Source: a virus
Taxonomy: Duplodnaviria > Heunggongvirae > Uroviricota > Caudoviricetes
Length of the DNA stretch: 64,000 nucleotides
Reading direction: 5' to 3' (one strand)
Virus record (IMG/VR): IMGVR_UViG_2974549561_000001
Coordinates: 1-64,000 of that record
Shown here: one piece after another, positions 28,068 to 38,231 of the stretch
How positions within the stretch are numbered: position 1 is the first letter of the stretch
How the letters are laid out: each line of letters opens with the position of its first letter
Notes under the pieces: model-generated
Databases searched by the model: none
What the model saw: only the letters and a program-made list of their open reading frames with translations
What the model was told of the DNA's origin: nothing
Made by a program: the position numbers and the translations under genes

Positions 28068-28502
28068 ATGTCTGACGTCTCAACAAACCTCTATAAGAGT
28101 CAGTTGTTGGACTATTACTATCAGCGGCGCGCTGAATCGTCCATTAACAAAGGCTCTCGATTTTTAATCAGCAAGGCCGTTTTCGGTACCAGTTCACTGG
28201 TTACTAAGAAAGGAGATGGCACTTATGAGATTGGAGAACTGCCAAAGGCTTTCGATCTGGCAGAACTGACCAGTCAATTTTGCACCATCAACCTCGTCCC
28301 AACCTACTCAGGCGGGATAATTACTGTCCGAATGGACCTTGATCAAAGTCAGTTGCAGGAAGGGAAAAACTACCCATTCAACACTCTGGTTGTTCTGGAT
28401 AACGAGAATAAGCCAATCGCCATTATTTGTGTCCAAGAAGACTCGCTGTATGTGGGCAAAACATATACCGCAGTTATGGCCATAAACACGACAACAGCAT
28501 AA
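28068..28502 (+). CDS. R: tail-fibre-associated protein (R position)
   Basis: 144 aa immediately upstream of S. Confidence 0.5.
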   Translation: MSDVSTNLYKSQLLDYYYQRRAESSINKGSRFLISKAVFGTSSLVTKKGDGTYEIGELPKAFDLAELTSQFCTINLVPTYSGGIITVRMDLDQSQLQEGKNYPFNTLVVLDNENKPIAIICVQEDSLYVGKTYTAVMAINTTTA

Positions 28503-28513
28503 GGATATGCTTG

Positions 28514-30856
28514 ATGAATGACGTTACAGTTGTTACATCAGTTACTTACCCATCACCCGAGTCGTTGGCTCTGGTGGCTGATGTGCAATACCACGAACCA
28601 TATCTGTCAGCCGCGCTAAACCGAAAATTCAGGGGGATTGTTGACCCGGGATTTTATGCCGGTTTCTTACCTAAGCCTGGCGGTGGGATGAACCTGTTAA
28701 TCACCTCAGTGGATGGTGATAAAACCGCAGGCGCGGCGTCGGTGGATATTGGTGAATTCTACCAGGTAACTATTCAGCAACGTAAGGATATTTCTCTTGC
28801 ACTTAGTGCAGGCAAGAAATATGCAATTGTGCTGAAGGGAAGATACCTCCTTGGAGAAGATACCTATCAGGTGAATACCGCGTCACATATTCATGCGGCT
28901 GAATTTGTTGCCAGAACCTATACCGATTCATATCAGTTAGGAGATGGAGAGCTGCTTGTTTGTACGGTGAATATCCCTGCTGGCGTATCAGCCATTACCC
29001 AGGAGATGATTGATACATCCGAGCGTATTAACCGCACGATCGGCATTGATATTTCAGACTCTGTAACCAGTAGCAGAAGTGATGTTGCTGCAAGTTCGCT
29101 GGCAGTTAAAAAAGCCTACGATCTGGCGAAAAGCAAGTATACGGCGCAGGATGCAAGCACAACGCAAAAGGGATTAGTTCAGCTCAGTAGCGAAACTAAC
29201 AGCGACAGCGAAACAATGGCGGCTACCCCTAAAGCCGTTAAGTCTGTAAAAGATCTTGCTGATACCAAAGCGCCAATAGAAAGCCCGAGTCTGACAGGAA
29301 CGCCAAGCGCGCCGACGGCAGCGCAAGGTACAAACAGCACGCAGATAGCAAATACAGCCTTTGTTAAGGCAGCTATAACTGCACTTATCAACGGTGCACC
29401 TGGCACACTGGATACACTTAAAGAAATAGCTGCTGCGATCAATAACGACCCGAATTTCAGCACAACTATCAACAATGCCCTGGCTCTCAAAGCGCCTTTG
29501 GCAAGCCCTGCATTAACGGGTGTCCCTACTGCGCCGACCGCCGCACAGGGCACAAATAATACGCAGATTGCTACGACCGCTTATGTAAGAGCTGCCATAT
29601 CCGCATTGGTTGGTTCATCACCAGAAGCTCTTGATACCCTGAATGAGCTTGCCGCAGCACTTGGCAATGACCCGAACTTTGCGACAACAATGACAAATGC
29701 GCTGGCAGGCAAACAGCCTCTGGATGCAACTTTAACCGCGCTCGCTGGCCTTGCGACTGGTGCAAACAAACTGCCTTATTTCACTGGTAAGGATACGGTA
29801 GCTCAGACTGATTTAACGTCAGTCGGTCGCGATATTCTGGCTAAAACAAGCACACTGGCCGTTATCCAATACCTTGGTTTAGGCGAAACGATAAATCTGG
29901 CTGCGGGCGCAGTCCAGAAAACTGGCGATGAGATGAACGGGAAGTTAACCCTGCCACAGACATCTTCCTTCGGCGTGAATACTAATAACACACTGGGCGG
30001 TAGTTCCATCGCTATCGGTGATAACGATACCGGGCTCAAAGGGAACGGCGACGGTAATCTGGCATTTATGGCTAACAACGTGCTGGCAGGATATTTTAAT
30101 GAAAATGAATTGCAGCACAGTAAAAAGATGCTGACTAAAAATTTTCAGGCTCTTGTTGATAATAACTGGCCGGAGGGGGCGGGGGGATTTTCTGGTCAGT
30201 TAAGCAGTGAAGCACCGTTTAGTGTACCAATGGTTCACCGTCAGAATAATGATAATAATTTTTTCCCGCTCCTGAAAGGAAAGGTCTCACTGGAGTCTGG
30301 CTATCCTGTAGCCGCCTCTTTCGGAATATTAACTAGTGGGAATACTAATTTCCCACAAATTGCAATTCACGCGAAAACAGACTTTGATGTTAACGATAAA
30401 ATATGGGTATTTGATGTTGCAACCGGAGAATTTCGCGCGCCGGGCAGGATTACAGCTACAGAAATTTTATTGAGCGGTAAAAGCCGTGTTGCTCCTGATG
30501 GTAATTTATATGGTGATGTGTGGGGTGGCTGGCTGAATGACTTCCTTAATAACAATTACAACCGCAAAAATACTGCCAGTCTGGGTGATTATGGATGGGT
30601 TCGTGACGAAAGCACCGGGTTTATAATGCAATGGGGGACACTTGGTAGCTCAAACGGAACCTACAATTTCCCGCGAGAGTTTCCGGCATCCTGCTTTGCT
30701 GTATTTGTCACCAACAATAATCAGCAGGGGGGGGCGGTGGATAACGCGTTTGGATATCCGGTGAGTAAAAGCCAGTTTTTTGCCGCTACAAAAGATTCAT
30801 CGAGCAGTAATCATATAAATAACTACCCTGTAGCCTGGTTTGCGATTGGGAGATAA
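28514..30856 (+). CDS. S: tail fibre protein S (constant part plus currently expressed variable part)
   Basis: N-terminal about 450 aa ([14 protein letters not shown]...) matches P1 S as I recall it; C-terminal part after cixL is a different variable domain. Confidence 0.9.
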   Translation: MNDVTVVTSVTYPSPESLALVADVQYHEPYLSAALNRKFRGIVDPGFYAGFLPKPGGGMNLLITSVDGDKTAGAASVDIGEFYQVTIQQRKDISLALSAGKKYAIVLKGRYLLGEDTYQVNTASHIHAAEFVARTYTDSYQLGDGELLVCTVNIPAGVSAITQEMIDTSERINRTIGIDISDSVTSSRSDVAASSLAVKKAYDLAKSKYTAQDASTTQKGLVQLSSETNSDSETMAATPKAVKSVKDLADTKAPIESPSLTGTPSAPTAAQGTNSTQIANTAFVKAAITALINGAPGTLDTLKEIAAAINNDPNFSTTINNALALKAPLASPALTGVPTAPTAAQGTNNTQIATTAYVRAAISALVGSSPEALDTLNELAAALGNDPNFATTMTNALAGKQPLDATLTALAGLATGANKLPYFTGKDTVAQTDLTSVGRDILAKTSTLAVIQYLGLGETINLAAGAVQKTGDEMNGKLTLPQTSSFGVNTNNTLGGSSIAIGDNDTGLKGNGDGNLAFMANNVLAGYFNENELQHSKKMLTKNFQALVDNNWPEGAGGFSGQLSSEAPFSVPMVHRQNNDNNFFPLLKGKVSLESGYPVAASFGILTSGNTNFPQIAIHAKTDFDVNDKIWVFDVATGEFRAPGRITATEILLSGKSRVAPDGNLYGDVWGGWLNDFLNNNYNRKNTASLGDYGWVRDESTGFIMQWGTLGSSNGTYNFPREFPASCFAVFVTNNNQQGGAVDNAFGYPVSKSQFFAATKDSSSSNHINNYPVAWFAIGR
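29282..29722 (+). repeat. tandem intragenic repeat in S
   Basis: two about 220-bp units encoding [26 protein letters not shown](F/Y)V and DTLxExAAAxxNDPNF(S/A)TT. Confidence 0.6.
29862..29887. other. cixL crossover site
   Basis: TTATCCAATACC-TT-GGTTTAGGCGAA, gix/cix-like 12-2-12 structure at the constant/variable boundary of S. Confidence 0.55.
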
Positions 30857-30857
30857 A

Positions 30858-31265
30858 ATGAGCGATTATTATTACAGCTTTAAAGAGAAAGGTTTTTTCT
30901 ACAAGCCGGATACCGAATCGGGAGATTGCCCGACTGATCTAATTCCTCTGACTGATGAACACTACCATGAACTTATGCAGGGTCAGGTGGACGGAAAATA
31001 TATTGAGCACAGGAAAGGAGGCCCAGTACTGGTTGAACATCGCGAATATACGCCTGAAGAACTGGTTGCACAGGCTGAATCCAGAAAAGCGGAACTCCTT
31101 GCCGGAGCAGAGTCAGTCATTGCGCCACTGGCACGGGCAGTAAAACTAAAAATTGCCACAGATGAAGAGATTAAACGGCTGGACGCCTGGGAGCTCTACA
31201 GTGTACTGGTAAACCGGGTGGATACCTCAAATCCTGACTGGCCGGATAAGCCAGCCAGCCAGTAG
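30858..31265 (+). CDS. U: tail fibre assembly protein U
   Basis: 135 aa after S, GGGAGA SD; Tfa-like. Confidence 0.65.
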   Translation: MSDYYYSFKEKGFFYKPDTESGDCPTDLIPLTDEHYHELMQGQVDGKYIEHRKGGPVLVEHREYTPEELVAQAESRKAELLAGAESVIAPLARAVKLKIATDEEIKRLDAWELYSVLVNRVDTSNPDWPDKPASQ

Positions 31266-31268
31266 TCG

Positions 31269-31856
31269 TTATTGTGGTAATTCAGGCCACCTGATTTCCG
31301 TGAAGGTGGCTGAGTCTTTCACGCCGCTCAAATCCAGCGTTTTAAGCGCCCTGATATACGCCATCCATTTAGTCAGGCTGGCCTTATCGTCGTCACTTAT
31401 TTCACCCAACGCCAGTTCGGTTCGCCAGTCGGCAATGGCGCTGTTAGCGGCATCCAGTAGTTTCTGTCGGGTGGTTTCGGCCTTAGCCTGATAATCCACC
31501 GGAACGGGTAAAACCTTACCATCCCTGTACAACCATGAGCCATCACCACGGCAATCATCAGGACAGTCAGCAGCGTCTATTTCCGCAACAGACATATTAA
31601 CCGGCCACAACATTGATACAGAATATGTGTTGCCACGTTGCGGGACTGGCTTATTAACAACACCCCAGATAACCCCTTCATGGTCGTACATTATTTTTGC
31701 AGTATCATCAGAAAATAATGACTGACACTCATACCAGTCCTGTCCGTCGTCTGACTTCAGAAAATATGCACCTATATTTATTTCGGCCTGAGTTTTCCCC
31801 CTGTTTACAGGCGCGTCAGTCAGTCTGAAATTTTTGATATTCTGATATTTTTTCAT
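31269..31856 (-). CDS. alternative tail fibre assembly protein U'
   Basis: convergent with U inside the invertible segment. Confidence 0.6.
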   Translation of the reverse strand: MKKYQNIKNFRLTDAPVNRGKTQAEINIGAYFLKSDDGQDWYECQSLFSDDTAKIMYDHEGVIWGVVNKPVPQRGNTYSVSMLWPVNMSVAEIDAADCPDDCRGDGSWLYRDGKVLPVPVDYQAKAETTRQKLLDAANSAIADWRTELALGEISDDDKASLTKWMAYIRALKTLDLSGVKDSATFTEIRWPELPQ

Positions 31857-33098
31857 TATACCGTTCCCCCTTGTACGGTATACCACTGATTCCCGACTCG
31901 TTTTTGCAAAGGCGCATAATTAATACCATCAATATTTTCGCCCTGATAATCTTTCCAGACGGAGGTAACTACATATCCGGGAGTGTTAGGCCATGACCCT
32001 GCATTGTTCCAGGTAGTCACTGATGTGCCGGCCCCTAACTGAACATCTAAGACGAGATTATTATTAATCCAGGTACTTAACCAGCCATTTCCCCATAGCG
32101 AACCAAAGATATCACCGTTATTCTGATAGATGGCCCCGCCTGCACGCAGTACGTTAGCGGTGATATCGCCATTGACCGTAAACAGGACTGAACCATCAGG
32201 GTTTCGCTGGCTGTATAACTGCCATCCCTGATCATCATCCAGTTCAATTACAGTGGGCCTGTTTGCGTCGCCCCATAATTTAAACGTGGCTGTCATTGTC
32301 GAATTATTATTACTCGTTAGTGACAGTTTTTTTTCTTTGCCTGCGCGAATAGCTCCCAGAACCATCATTTCACCGGGAGCGACACGAACGGTGTGCTGGT
32401 TGTTCGCGTATGTATCCAGTATCCCGTCACCGTTCTGTTTAAAACCGGTATCGTTATCACCGAGTACAATTGAATTACCGCCCAGTGCATTGTCAGTACC
32501 AATGCTTAACGGACCGTTTAGCTGTCCCCCTGTAATCGGCAATGCACCCACATCACCGGCTGTTGGTTTCATCAGACTACTGTAAATTGTATATGTCTGA
32601 CCGCTGGTTGAGTTTCCCGGCTGTACTGATGAATATTCAGGCGTACTGTGCAACGTGACATTTGCATTACCGGTGTAGTCATATTGCGCAATTAACCAGT
32701 ACGCATACTGGCCGATATTAATATAAATATCGTAGGTGTCGCCTGATGTATTAACCCATGCGACCTCGTTAGCCGCAGCAGGCGAGCGTCTCCACAACGT
32801 GGCAGTTATTCCAACAGGTGAGCCATTACCGGCACGCAATACCAGTTCGCTGATTGCCGCCTGTTCAGGTGAACCAGCGTTAAACCCCGCCCCACCGTAC
32901 AGTTTAATCACCGCTGTTGATGTAGCCTGCGGCATTACAACCGTGGCGATTTTGAACCAGCCTGATTCACCAAGTGTAATGGTAGTCGATGTTACCGCGC
33001 CGATAGTTCTCGCAAATTGTTTTTTGTCCGGAATATCGCCGCCATTCTGCGATTTTTGCAGTGCACCCGCAGCGAGATTTATCGTTTCTCCTAAACCA
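31856..33098 (-). other. silent alternative tail-fibre variable segment Sv'
   Basis: lacks its own N-terminus; encodes ALGGNSIVLGDNDTGFKQNGDGILD... resembling the P1 S C-terminal part; would fuse to Sc after inversion. Confidence 0.7.
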
Positions 33099-33111
33099 AG
33101 GTTTTTGCGAA
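33086..33111. other. cixR crossover site
   Basis: reverse complement TTCGCAAAAACC-TT-GGTTTAGGAGAA. Confidence 0.55.
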
Positions 33112-33175
33112 TTGCCTCCGTGTCGTCTGAACGATATTTTTTCCCGCTTTTAGCAACAATCGCTGGTGATAAAGT

Positions 33176-33757
33176 ATGCAATATGGTTATGCGAGAGTGT
33201 CAACTTTTGACCAAAATTTAGAATTACAACTGGAGGCGCTCAGGAGTTCAGGATGTGACCGGATTTTTGAAGATAAAATATCCGGTGCGAAGTCAAAACG
33301 ACCAGGGCTTGATAAGCTGATAAAAGTGTTGCGGCCTGGCGATACGGTTGTTGTCTGGAAACTGGACCGAATGGGACGTTCTCTGATTCATCTTGTTGAG
33401 TTACTGAACTTTTTTTTATCAAACAACATTGAGTTTATTTCGGTTACAGAAGGGATAAAAATTAGCACATCAATTGGCCGCTTTGCTTACACGATGCTGA
33501 GTGCGGCTGCAGAGCTGGAGCGGGAAAATATTATTGAAAGAACGCGTGCAGGATTGGCTGTGGCAAGGGCTAACGGCAGGATAGGAGGACGCCGTTCAAA
33601 ACTGACACCAGAGCAATGGGAGCAGGCCGGACGTTTATTAGCGCAAGGAGTCCCCCGCAAGCAGGTCGCATTGATCTACGATGTGGCTCTGTCAACTTTG
33701 TATAAAAAACACCCCGCCAAACGAACGTGCATAGAAAGTAACGCTCAAACCAATTGA
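33176..33757 (+). CDS. serine DNA invertase (Hin/Gin/Cin/Pin family)
   Basis: 193 aa; catalytic YARVST N-terminus; C-terminus RLLAQGVPRKQVALIYDVALSTLYKKHPAKR resembles Gin/Pin; 65 bp from cixR. Confidence 0.85.
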   Translation: MQYGYARVSTFDQNLELQLEALRSSGCDRIFEDKISGAKSKRPGLDKLIKVLRPGDTVVVWKLDRMGRSLIHLVELLNFFLSNNIEFISVTEGIKISTSIGRFAYTMLSAAAELERENIIERTRAGLAVARANGRIGGRRSKLTPEQWEQAGRLLAQGVPRKQVALIYDVALSTLYKKHPAKRTCIESNAQTN

Positions 33758-33888
33758 ATCGGTCGGCAACACAGATTGATTGTGCCCCAATAGCCACACT
33801 CAACCCACGATGTTTTTTTCGATAGTGGCGAATTGATGTAAAGGAGGTGAGATGAAATCAATTCGCTGTAAGACCTCATTTTCCAACA

Positions 33889-34113
33889 TCACAACCAAGT
33901 AACGCTGCTGCCCGCAAAATGATCTAACGCCCATACGACCAGGGTGTCACCTCTGGAAAGCATACGCAAAACCTTTTTTAGCCCTGGGCGTTCAGCCTTT
34001 TTGCCGCTCGCCTTGTCCTCAAAAATCAGCTCACATCCTGCGCTTTCAAGGGCATTTCGTTGCAAAGCAGTGTTTTGTTCATTTGTTGATACGCGTACAT
34101 AGCCTATTAGCAT
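33889..34113 (-). pseudogene. cin: truncated cin invertase remnant
   Basis: first about 60 codons (MLIGYVRVSTNEQNTALQRNALESAGCELIFEDKASGKKAERPGLKKVLRMLSRGDTLVVW) match P1 Cin from memory, then diverge to a stop after 74 codons. Confidence 0.7.
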
Positions 34114-34177
34114 ATTTTCTGCTCACTATCGTTATTTATAGCAAGCTGCGGATTTTAATTAACAAAAACCAGTATGT

Positions 34178-34522
34178 ATGGAAATCACAAAGTACATACC
34201 GTTCCCCAATGACGAACAACTCAAAATTGGCAAGGTTTTTATGTCTGACTTAACAATTTTATTTTTATCTATCTTTGGCGGAGTGCATTCGTTTCTGAAT
34301 GGGGTTCGTGAAAAACGTTACGAAGCGTCATGCAGGCAATTGCTGGCCGAGTGTATTGCTGCCGTACTTGCAGGCTTTATTGGCATGTATTTCGCGGAAT
34401 ATAAGGGCATGGATGAAAGCCTTCAGCATTGCGTGACTATTATTTGCAGCATCAATAACAGGCTCATTCTTGAAAAGTCACAAAGGATTATCGATTCGTA
34501 CATCAATAGAAATGCCTCTTAA
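34178..34522 (+). CDS. small membrane protein, holin-like
   Basis: 114 aa with two hydrophobic segments; upstream of lydA. Confidence 0.4.
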   Translation: MEITKYIPFPNDEQLKIGKVFMSDLTILFLSIFGGVHSFLNGVREKRYEASCRQLLAECIAAVLAGFIGMYFAEYKGMDESLQHCVTIICSINNRLILEKSQRIIDSYINRNAS

Positions 34523-34589
34523 GCAACAAATGACCGGTTGAGAAGTTACTTTGCATACCATTACCTCCTGACAACGTAGGAGGGAACTT

Positions 34590-34919
34590 ATGCTTGACAC
34601 ACAGGAATTAGCTCCAGTTGCTATTGCGCTCCTGCTTTCAGTAATTGGTGGGATAGGCACGTTCCTGATGGATGTCCGAGACGGTCGCCAGTCTGGCAAT
34701 TTGTTGGGATTGGTTACGGAGATCTTTGTTGCAGTGACAGCTGGCGCGGTGGCGTACCTATTGGGGCAACACGAGGGCTGGGAGTTATCAATTACGTACT
34801 TAATGGTAACGATAGCCAGCAATAACGGTCATGAGGTGATTTCAGGGATGAAACGAGTGAATATCGATAGCATTCTGAATGTTCTTACAAGTTTGGTGAA
34901 AAAGGGAGGCGGGAAATGA
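34590..34919 (+). CDS. lydA: holin LydA-like
   Basis: 109 aa, TM segments, strong GGAGGGA SD; first gene of lydA-lydB-hdf-darA order. Confidence 0.55.
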   Translation: MLDTQELAPVAIALLLSVIGGIGTFLMDVRDGRQSGNLLGLVTEIFVAVTAGAVAYLLGQHEGWELSITYLMVTIASNNGHEVISGMKRVNIDSILNVLTSLVKKGGGK

Positions 34920-35359
34920 TTGGCTGGGGTGTATGCGTTCTTGCGTTAGCCTTAGCCGATCGCTATTTGCTAAAACGCAAGGACATCACGCATTTAGAAC
35001 TTGGTGATGTGGAAATTAAACCGGGTTTCATCCGGGTGCCGTTCAAATACCGGTCTAAATTCCCGTTTTTGCGCGGCGCAACGGTCAGATATTGGATCCG
35101 CGATGTTCAGAAGCCGACGACAGTGATTGAAGGCGAACAACGTTGTTTGACGTCGGCTGAACAGGGCGAAAACAGTGAATGGTTGTACATACCCACTGAA
35201 TATATGGGTAAAGGAGAGCGACTGTGGCATTTCAACGTCATGGTTACGCATGGCGACTCGTTCATTAACCCGTTGTATCGGATTTTCCCTGTTACTCAGC
35301 AAATCCGCAGAAGTTACGTAATAAATCTCGCACAGGATGTGTCAGATGACGAAAAATAA
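34916..35359 (+). CDS. lydB: LydB-like lysis regulator
   Basis: 147 aa, ATGA overlap with lydA. Confidence 0.5.
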   Translation: MIGWGVCVLALALADRYLLKRKDITHLELGDVEIKPGFIRVPFKYRSKFPFLRGATVRYWIRDVQKPTTVIEGEQRCLTSAEQGENSEWLYIPTEYMGKGERLWHFNVMVTHGDSFINPLYRIFPVTQQIRRSYVINLAQDVSDDEK

Positions 35360-35948
35360 GTATGCAACGGTCGATTTTGACCAGGTTAATGAAAAGGGGC
35401 TGAAATCCCTTATCGCGGCGATCAATAAAACCGGTGTTACGGTAATTGAGGTTGACTCCAGCAACCGCGCAACAACGAAAGATGGCGTTAAAGTTAAAAC
35501 CGCAAAGCTGGTTCTTAACGACGGACAAATTCTTGCCATACAGGTAAACGATACTGGCGATATATCGTCTGTGAGGCTGAATGGAAAAGCTATTCCTAAC
35601 GCTCAGTCGCCGGATATCAAGACGCTTGGTACCGTCATGGGGCAAGCGGCCCGCAAAAACTCCGCAAAATTCCAGAAATCACTGATCGCCAAAGCGAAGC
35701 GTGTTGCCAATCCGGTAGACAAGAAACCGGCAGTTAAATCCAACTTTCAGCGTCTGCAAGAAGCAAAACTGCGGAATGCTCAGGTGGTTGCCGCTTATAA
35801 GTCCGCGCAGAATTCGGTGTCTTTCAATCAACAGCAGATCACTGATTTGCGGGCGAAGCTGGATAAGGAGACAGGCCGACTCAATAACGAAAAGGCCCGA
35901 AATGGCGAACTCAAACGCCGTCTTAAGCAACTGAAAGCAGGAAATTAA
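35346..35948 (+). CDS. hdf: Hdf (DarA-fragment homologue)
   Basis: 200 aa; AKFQKSLIAKAKR block similar to DarA AKFQRAQKKKKAL. Confidence 0.55.
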   Translation: MTKNKYATVDFDQVNEKGLKSLIAAINKTGVTVIEVDSSNRATTKDGVKVKTAKLVLNDGQILAIQVNDTGDISSVRLNGKAIPNAQSPDIKTLGTVMGQAARKNSAKFQKSLIAKAKRVANPVDKKPAVKSNFQRLQEAKLRNAQVVAAYKSAQNSVSFNQQQITDLRAKLDKETGRLNNEKARNGELKRRLKQLKAGN

Positions 35949-35949
35949 C

Positions 35950-37869
35950 ATGGAACAGTTCAATATCAATAAAGGGGTGACGATCAAGCCTGGGCTTGAC
36001 GTGCTTCCCCCGCCAGTGACTGATGATGAATATCGCGCATTAATGGCCGGTGAGGACCGCTATCTGATGACGGAATCCAACACCCTGGAGGAAATCGAGG
36101 CTACGTTCTTCTATGACACGCCGATCCACTGGTGTGCTACGGATTTACTGGAGGCGATTAGTTCTACTCGTTTGCAGTTACACCGGACCATGCAGGCATT
36201 TGTCCGGGCATTGAACCAGAAGCTGAATGGTACCGGAATCTCTGCGGGGAGTGATAAAACGGGGGATGTGGCCCAGAGCGGCGCGCGCGCGATCGGCGGC
36301 GCTGAAATTGGCCGGGCACGTAACGTTAACGGGCTGCCGGTCTTGCCAGCCATTATTCCGCTCAGTGATGGTCAGACTATCAGCATTCTGTTTCATAGCC
36401 CGACAGCGGAAAACCGGATCACCAATAGCGATACGCTGGTTGCTTTCCAGTTCTTACTGAATAAAAAAGACGTTACTCACACCGTTGCTCCGATGAGTGG
36501 ACGTGATATGACGCTGGCGCAGGTCACCATGAAACTTGCCAACCTTGCAGAGAAAAACTCGGCAAAATTCCAGCGTGCGCAGAAGAAGAAAAAAGCCCTT
36601 GTTGATGAAATAACCCAACTACAGGCTGACAGTGACCAGAAAGAGGATGCCATGAGCGACCTCGCGGATCAGGTGGCAGCGGTAGAAGGGCAGAAGGCAG
36701 ATCTGGAGCAGAAAATTAACGCTGTTGCATCGGAAGCGGATTCTCTTTATGAAGAGAATGAGCGTTTGCAGACGGAGATTGATCAGCTCAATCGCACTGG
36801 TGGGCGCGATACCATTGCTCCAGCGGGGATGACTGGTGGGCACTCTCGCGCGCTGACGGATCGCCTTGCCAGTATCAAAAATCGTATGCATATGAACGGG
36901 GAAGTGACGCTCAGTAATGGTGCATCAATGAAGCAATTCATTGAGGACGGCGAAGGGTATATCCAGTTAAGCGATTCGGATGGCAGCGTGTACATGATCA
37001 AGGCTAAATCCATACAGGGTGTGGACATGGCAGATGCGATCGGCAAGCTGTTTAAAGCCTATAAAGCGGGTAATGTATCGGAATACCTGGTCCAACCAGA
37101 AGAACATAAACCGGAAAACGTCGAACCTGAACCAGCGGAGGATACCGGTAGCTCTTCGCCTGAACCAGAAGTCTCTGTAGGTGCATATCGATATGCCCTG
37201 CAAATGCGTCCGGCGGCCCCTGGCGCAATACCTGAAGGTAACAAAGCAATTCTGCCGCGCCCTGATGAAGGTGACCCGTATTATGAATATGCACGCTACG
37301 GCATTGCTACTTACGATACCCCGCTTTCTGATCAGCAAATGAGTGAGTACGACCTGAAGTTATTGCCTCACGAGGATTCTTTCGACTTCCTGGCGAAGAC
37401 ACTTACTAATGGTCCGTTTGGCAAATATGCACAAAAAGCTCTGGAGCTGGCCACCAGCTCACCAGACGAGTTCCGCGTAATGCTGAAAACTCAGTTTCAA
37501 AAAACTTTCCCCAATATTGCGTTTCCGGGGGGCGCTGGCACCGAGAAAATGGTGCAGAGCATGATCAATGCATTGCAGGCCGAAGTCGGTGAGATTACTC
37601 AGCCAGAACCTGCCCCGGCACAGCCTGATGAAACGGTTAGCGAAGCAGATGCAGCGGCTAATAAAGCCATTGAATATCTCAATAACGTGATGGATATGCA
37701 AAGCACTGACATGGCGGAGATCCGTAACGCCCGGGGTAATGTCCGGGAAGCGATTGCAGCCCTTCAGGCTGCCGGGCGTTTTGAGGAAAACGAAGAGCTA
37801 GTTAATGGCGCTGCTCGCCACCTGGCTGATCTGCTGGTAGCAATCCAGAAAGCGGGGGTAGCGGCATGA
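35950..37869 (+). CDS. darA: DarA antirestriction head protein precursor
   Basis: 639 aa, matching P1 DarA length; position in Dar operon. Confidence 0.7.
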   Translation: MEQFNINKGVTIKPGLDVLPPPVTDDEYRALMAGEDRYLMTESNTLEEIEATFFYDTPIHWCATDLLEAISSTRLQLHRTMQAFVRALNQKLNGTGISAGSDKTGDVAQSGARAIGGAEIGRARNVNGLPVLPAIIPLSDGQTISILFHSPTAENRITNSDTLVAFQFLLNKKDVTHTVAPMSGRDMTLAQVTMKLANLAEKNSAKFQRAQKKKKALVDEITQLQADSDQKEDAMSDLADQVAAVEGQKADLEQKINAVASEADSLYEENERLQTEIDQLNRTGGRDTIAPAGMTGGHSRALTDRLASIKNRMHMNGEVTLSNGASMKQFIEDGEGYIQLSDSDGSVYMIKAKSIQGVDMADAIGKLFKAYKAGNVSEYLVQPEEHKPENVEPEPAEDTGSSSPEPEVSVGAYRYALQMRPAAPGAIPEGNKAILPRPDEGDPYYEYARYGIATYDTPLSDQQMSEYDLKLLPHEDSFDFLAKTLTNGPFGKYAQKALELATSSPDEFRVMLKTQFQKTFPNIAFPGGAGTEKMVQSMINALQAEVGEITQPEPAPAQPDETVSEADAAANKAIEYLNNVMDMQSTDMAEIRNARGNVREAIAALQAAGRFEENEELVNGAARHLADLLVAIQKAGVAA

Positions 37870-38231
37870 CACTATCAGCTATTGAGTTAATGGATCTCAG
37901 CGATAAGTTGGATGCTCTGATGTCCAAAGCGGCTACCGCGCGTGGCATGGAGTTGCTGGATATCAGCGATGAAATTGACCAGATCATGCAACAGATGGGG
38001 TACGGTGTGTCCGGCGGCAGTAGTGGCGAGGAAAAACAACCTTCGGTACATGATGGCGTGCCAAAACTGGTTGCTGATTTCCTGGCTGATAAATTCGTCG
38101 ATCAGAGCACCGATGCATTTATCGGTACCTTGCAGGATTTGAGTCAATATGTTGGCACATACATCGACCTGGACCAGGTTAAACAGCACACGGCGGCATG
38201 GATAGCCGCCAACATTAAAGAGGCAGCGTGA
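37866..38231 (+). CDS. ddrA: DdrA
   Basis: 121 aa, ATGA overlap with darA. Confidence 0.55.
   Translation: MTLSAIELMDLSDKLDALMSKAATARGMELLDISDEIDQIMQQMGYGVSGGSSGEEKQPSVHDGVPKLVADFLADKFVDQSTDAFIGTLQDLSQYVGTYIDLDQVKQHTAAWIAANIKEAA

Larger units (their letters stand above)
29875..33098. other. invertible C segment (about 3.2 kb)
   Basis: bounded by inverted cix sites and an inverted repeat of about 40 bp encoding [13 protein letters not shown]; holds Sv/U in expressed and U'/Sv' in silent orientation. Confidence 0.6.

Noticed and set aside
28427-30856. 809-codon version of tail fibre S
   Set aside because: The canonical MNDVTVV N-terminus begins at 28514 with an AAGGA site; the upstream extension overlaps gene R.
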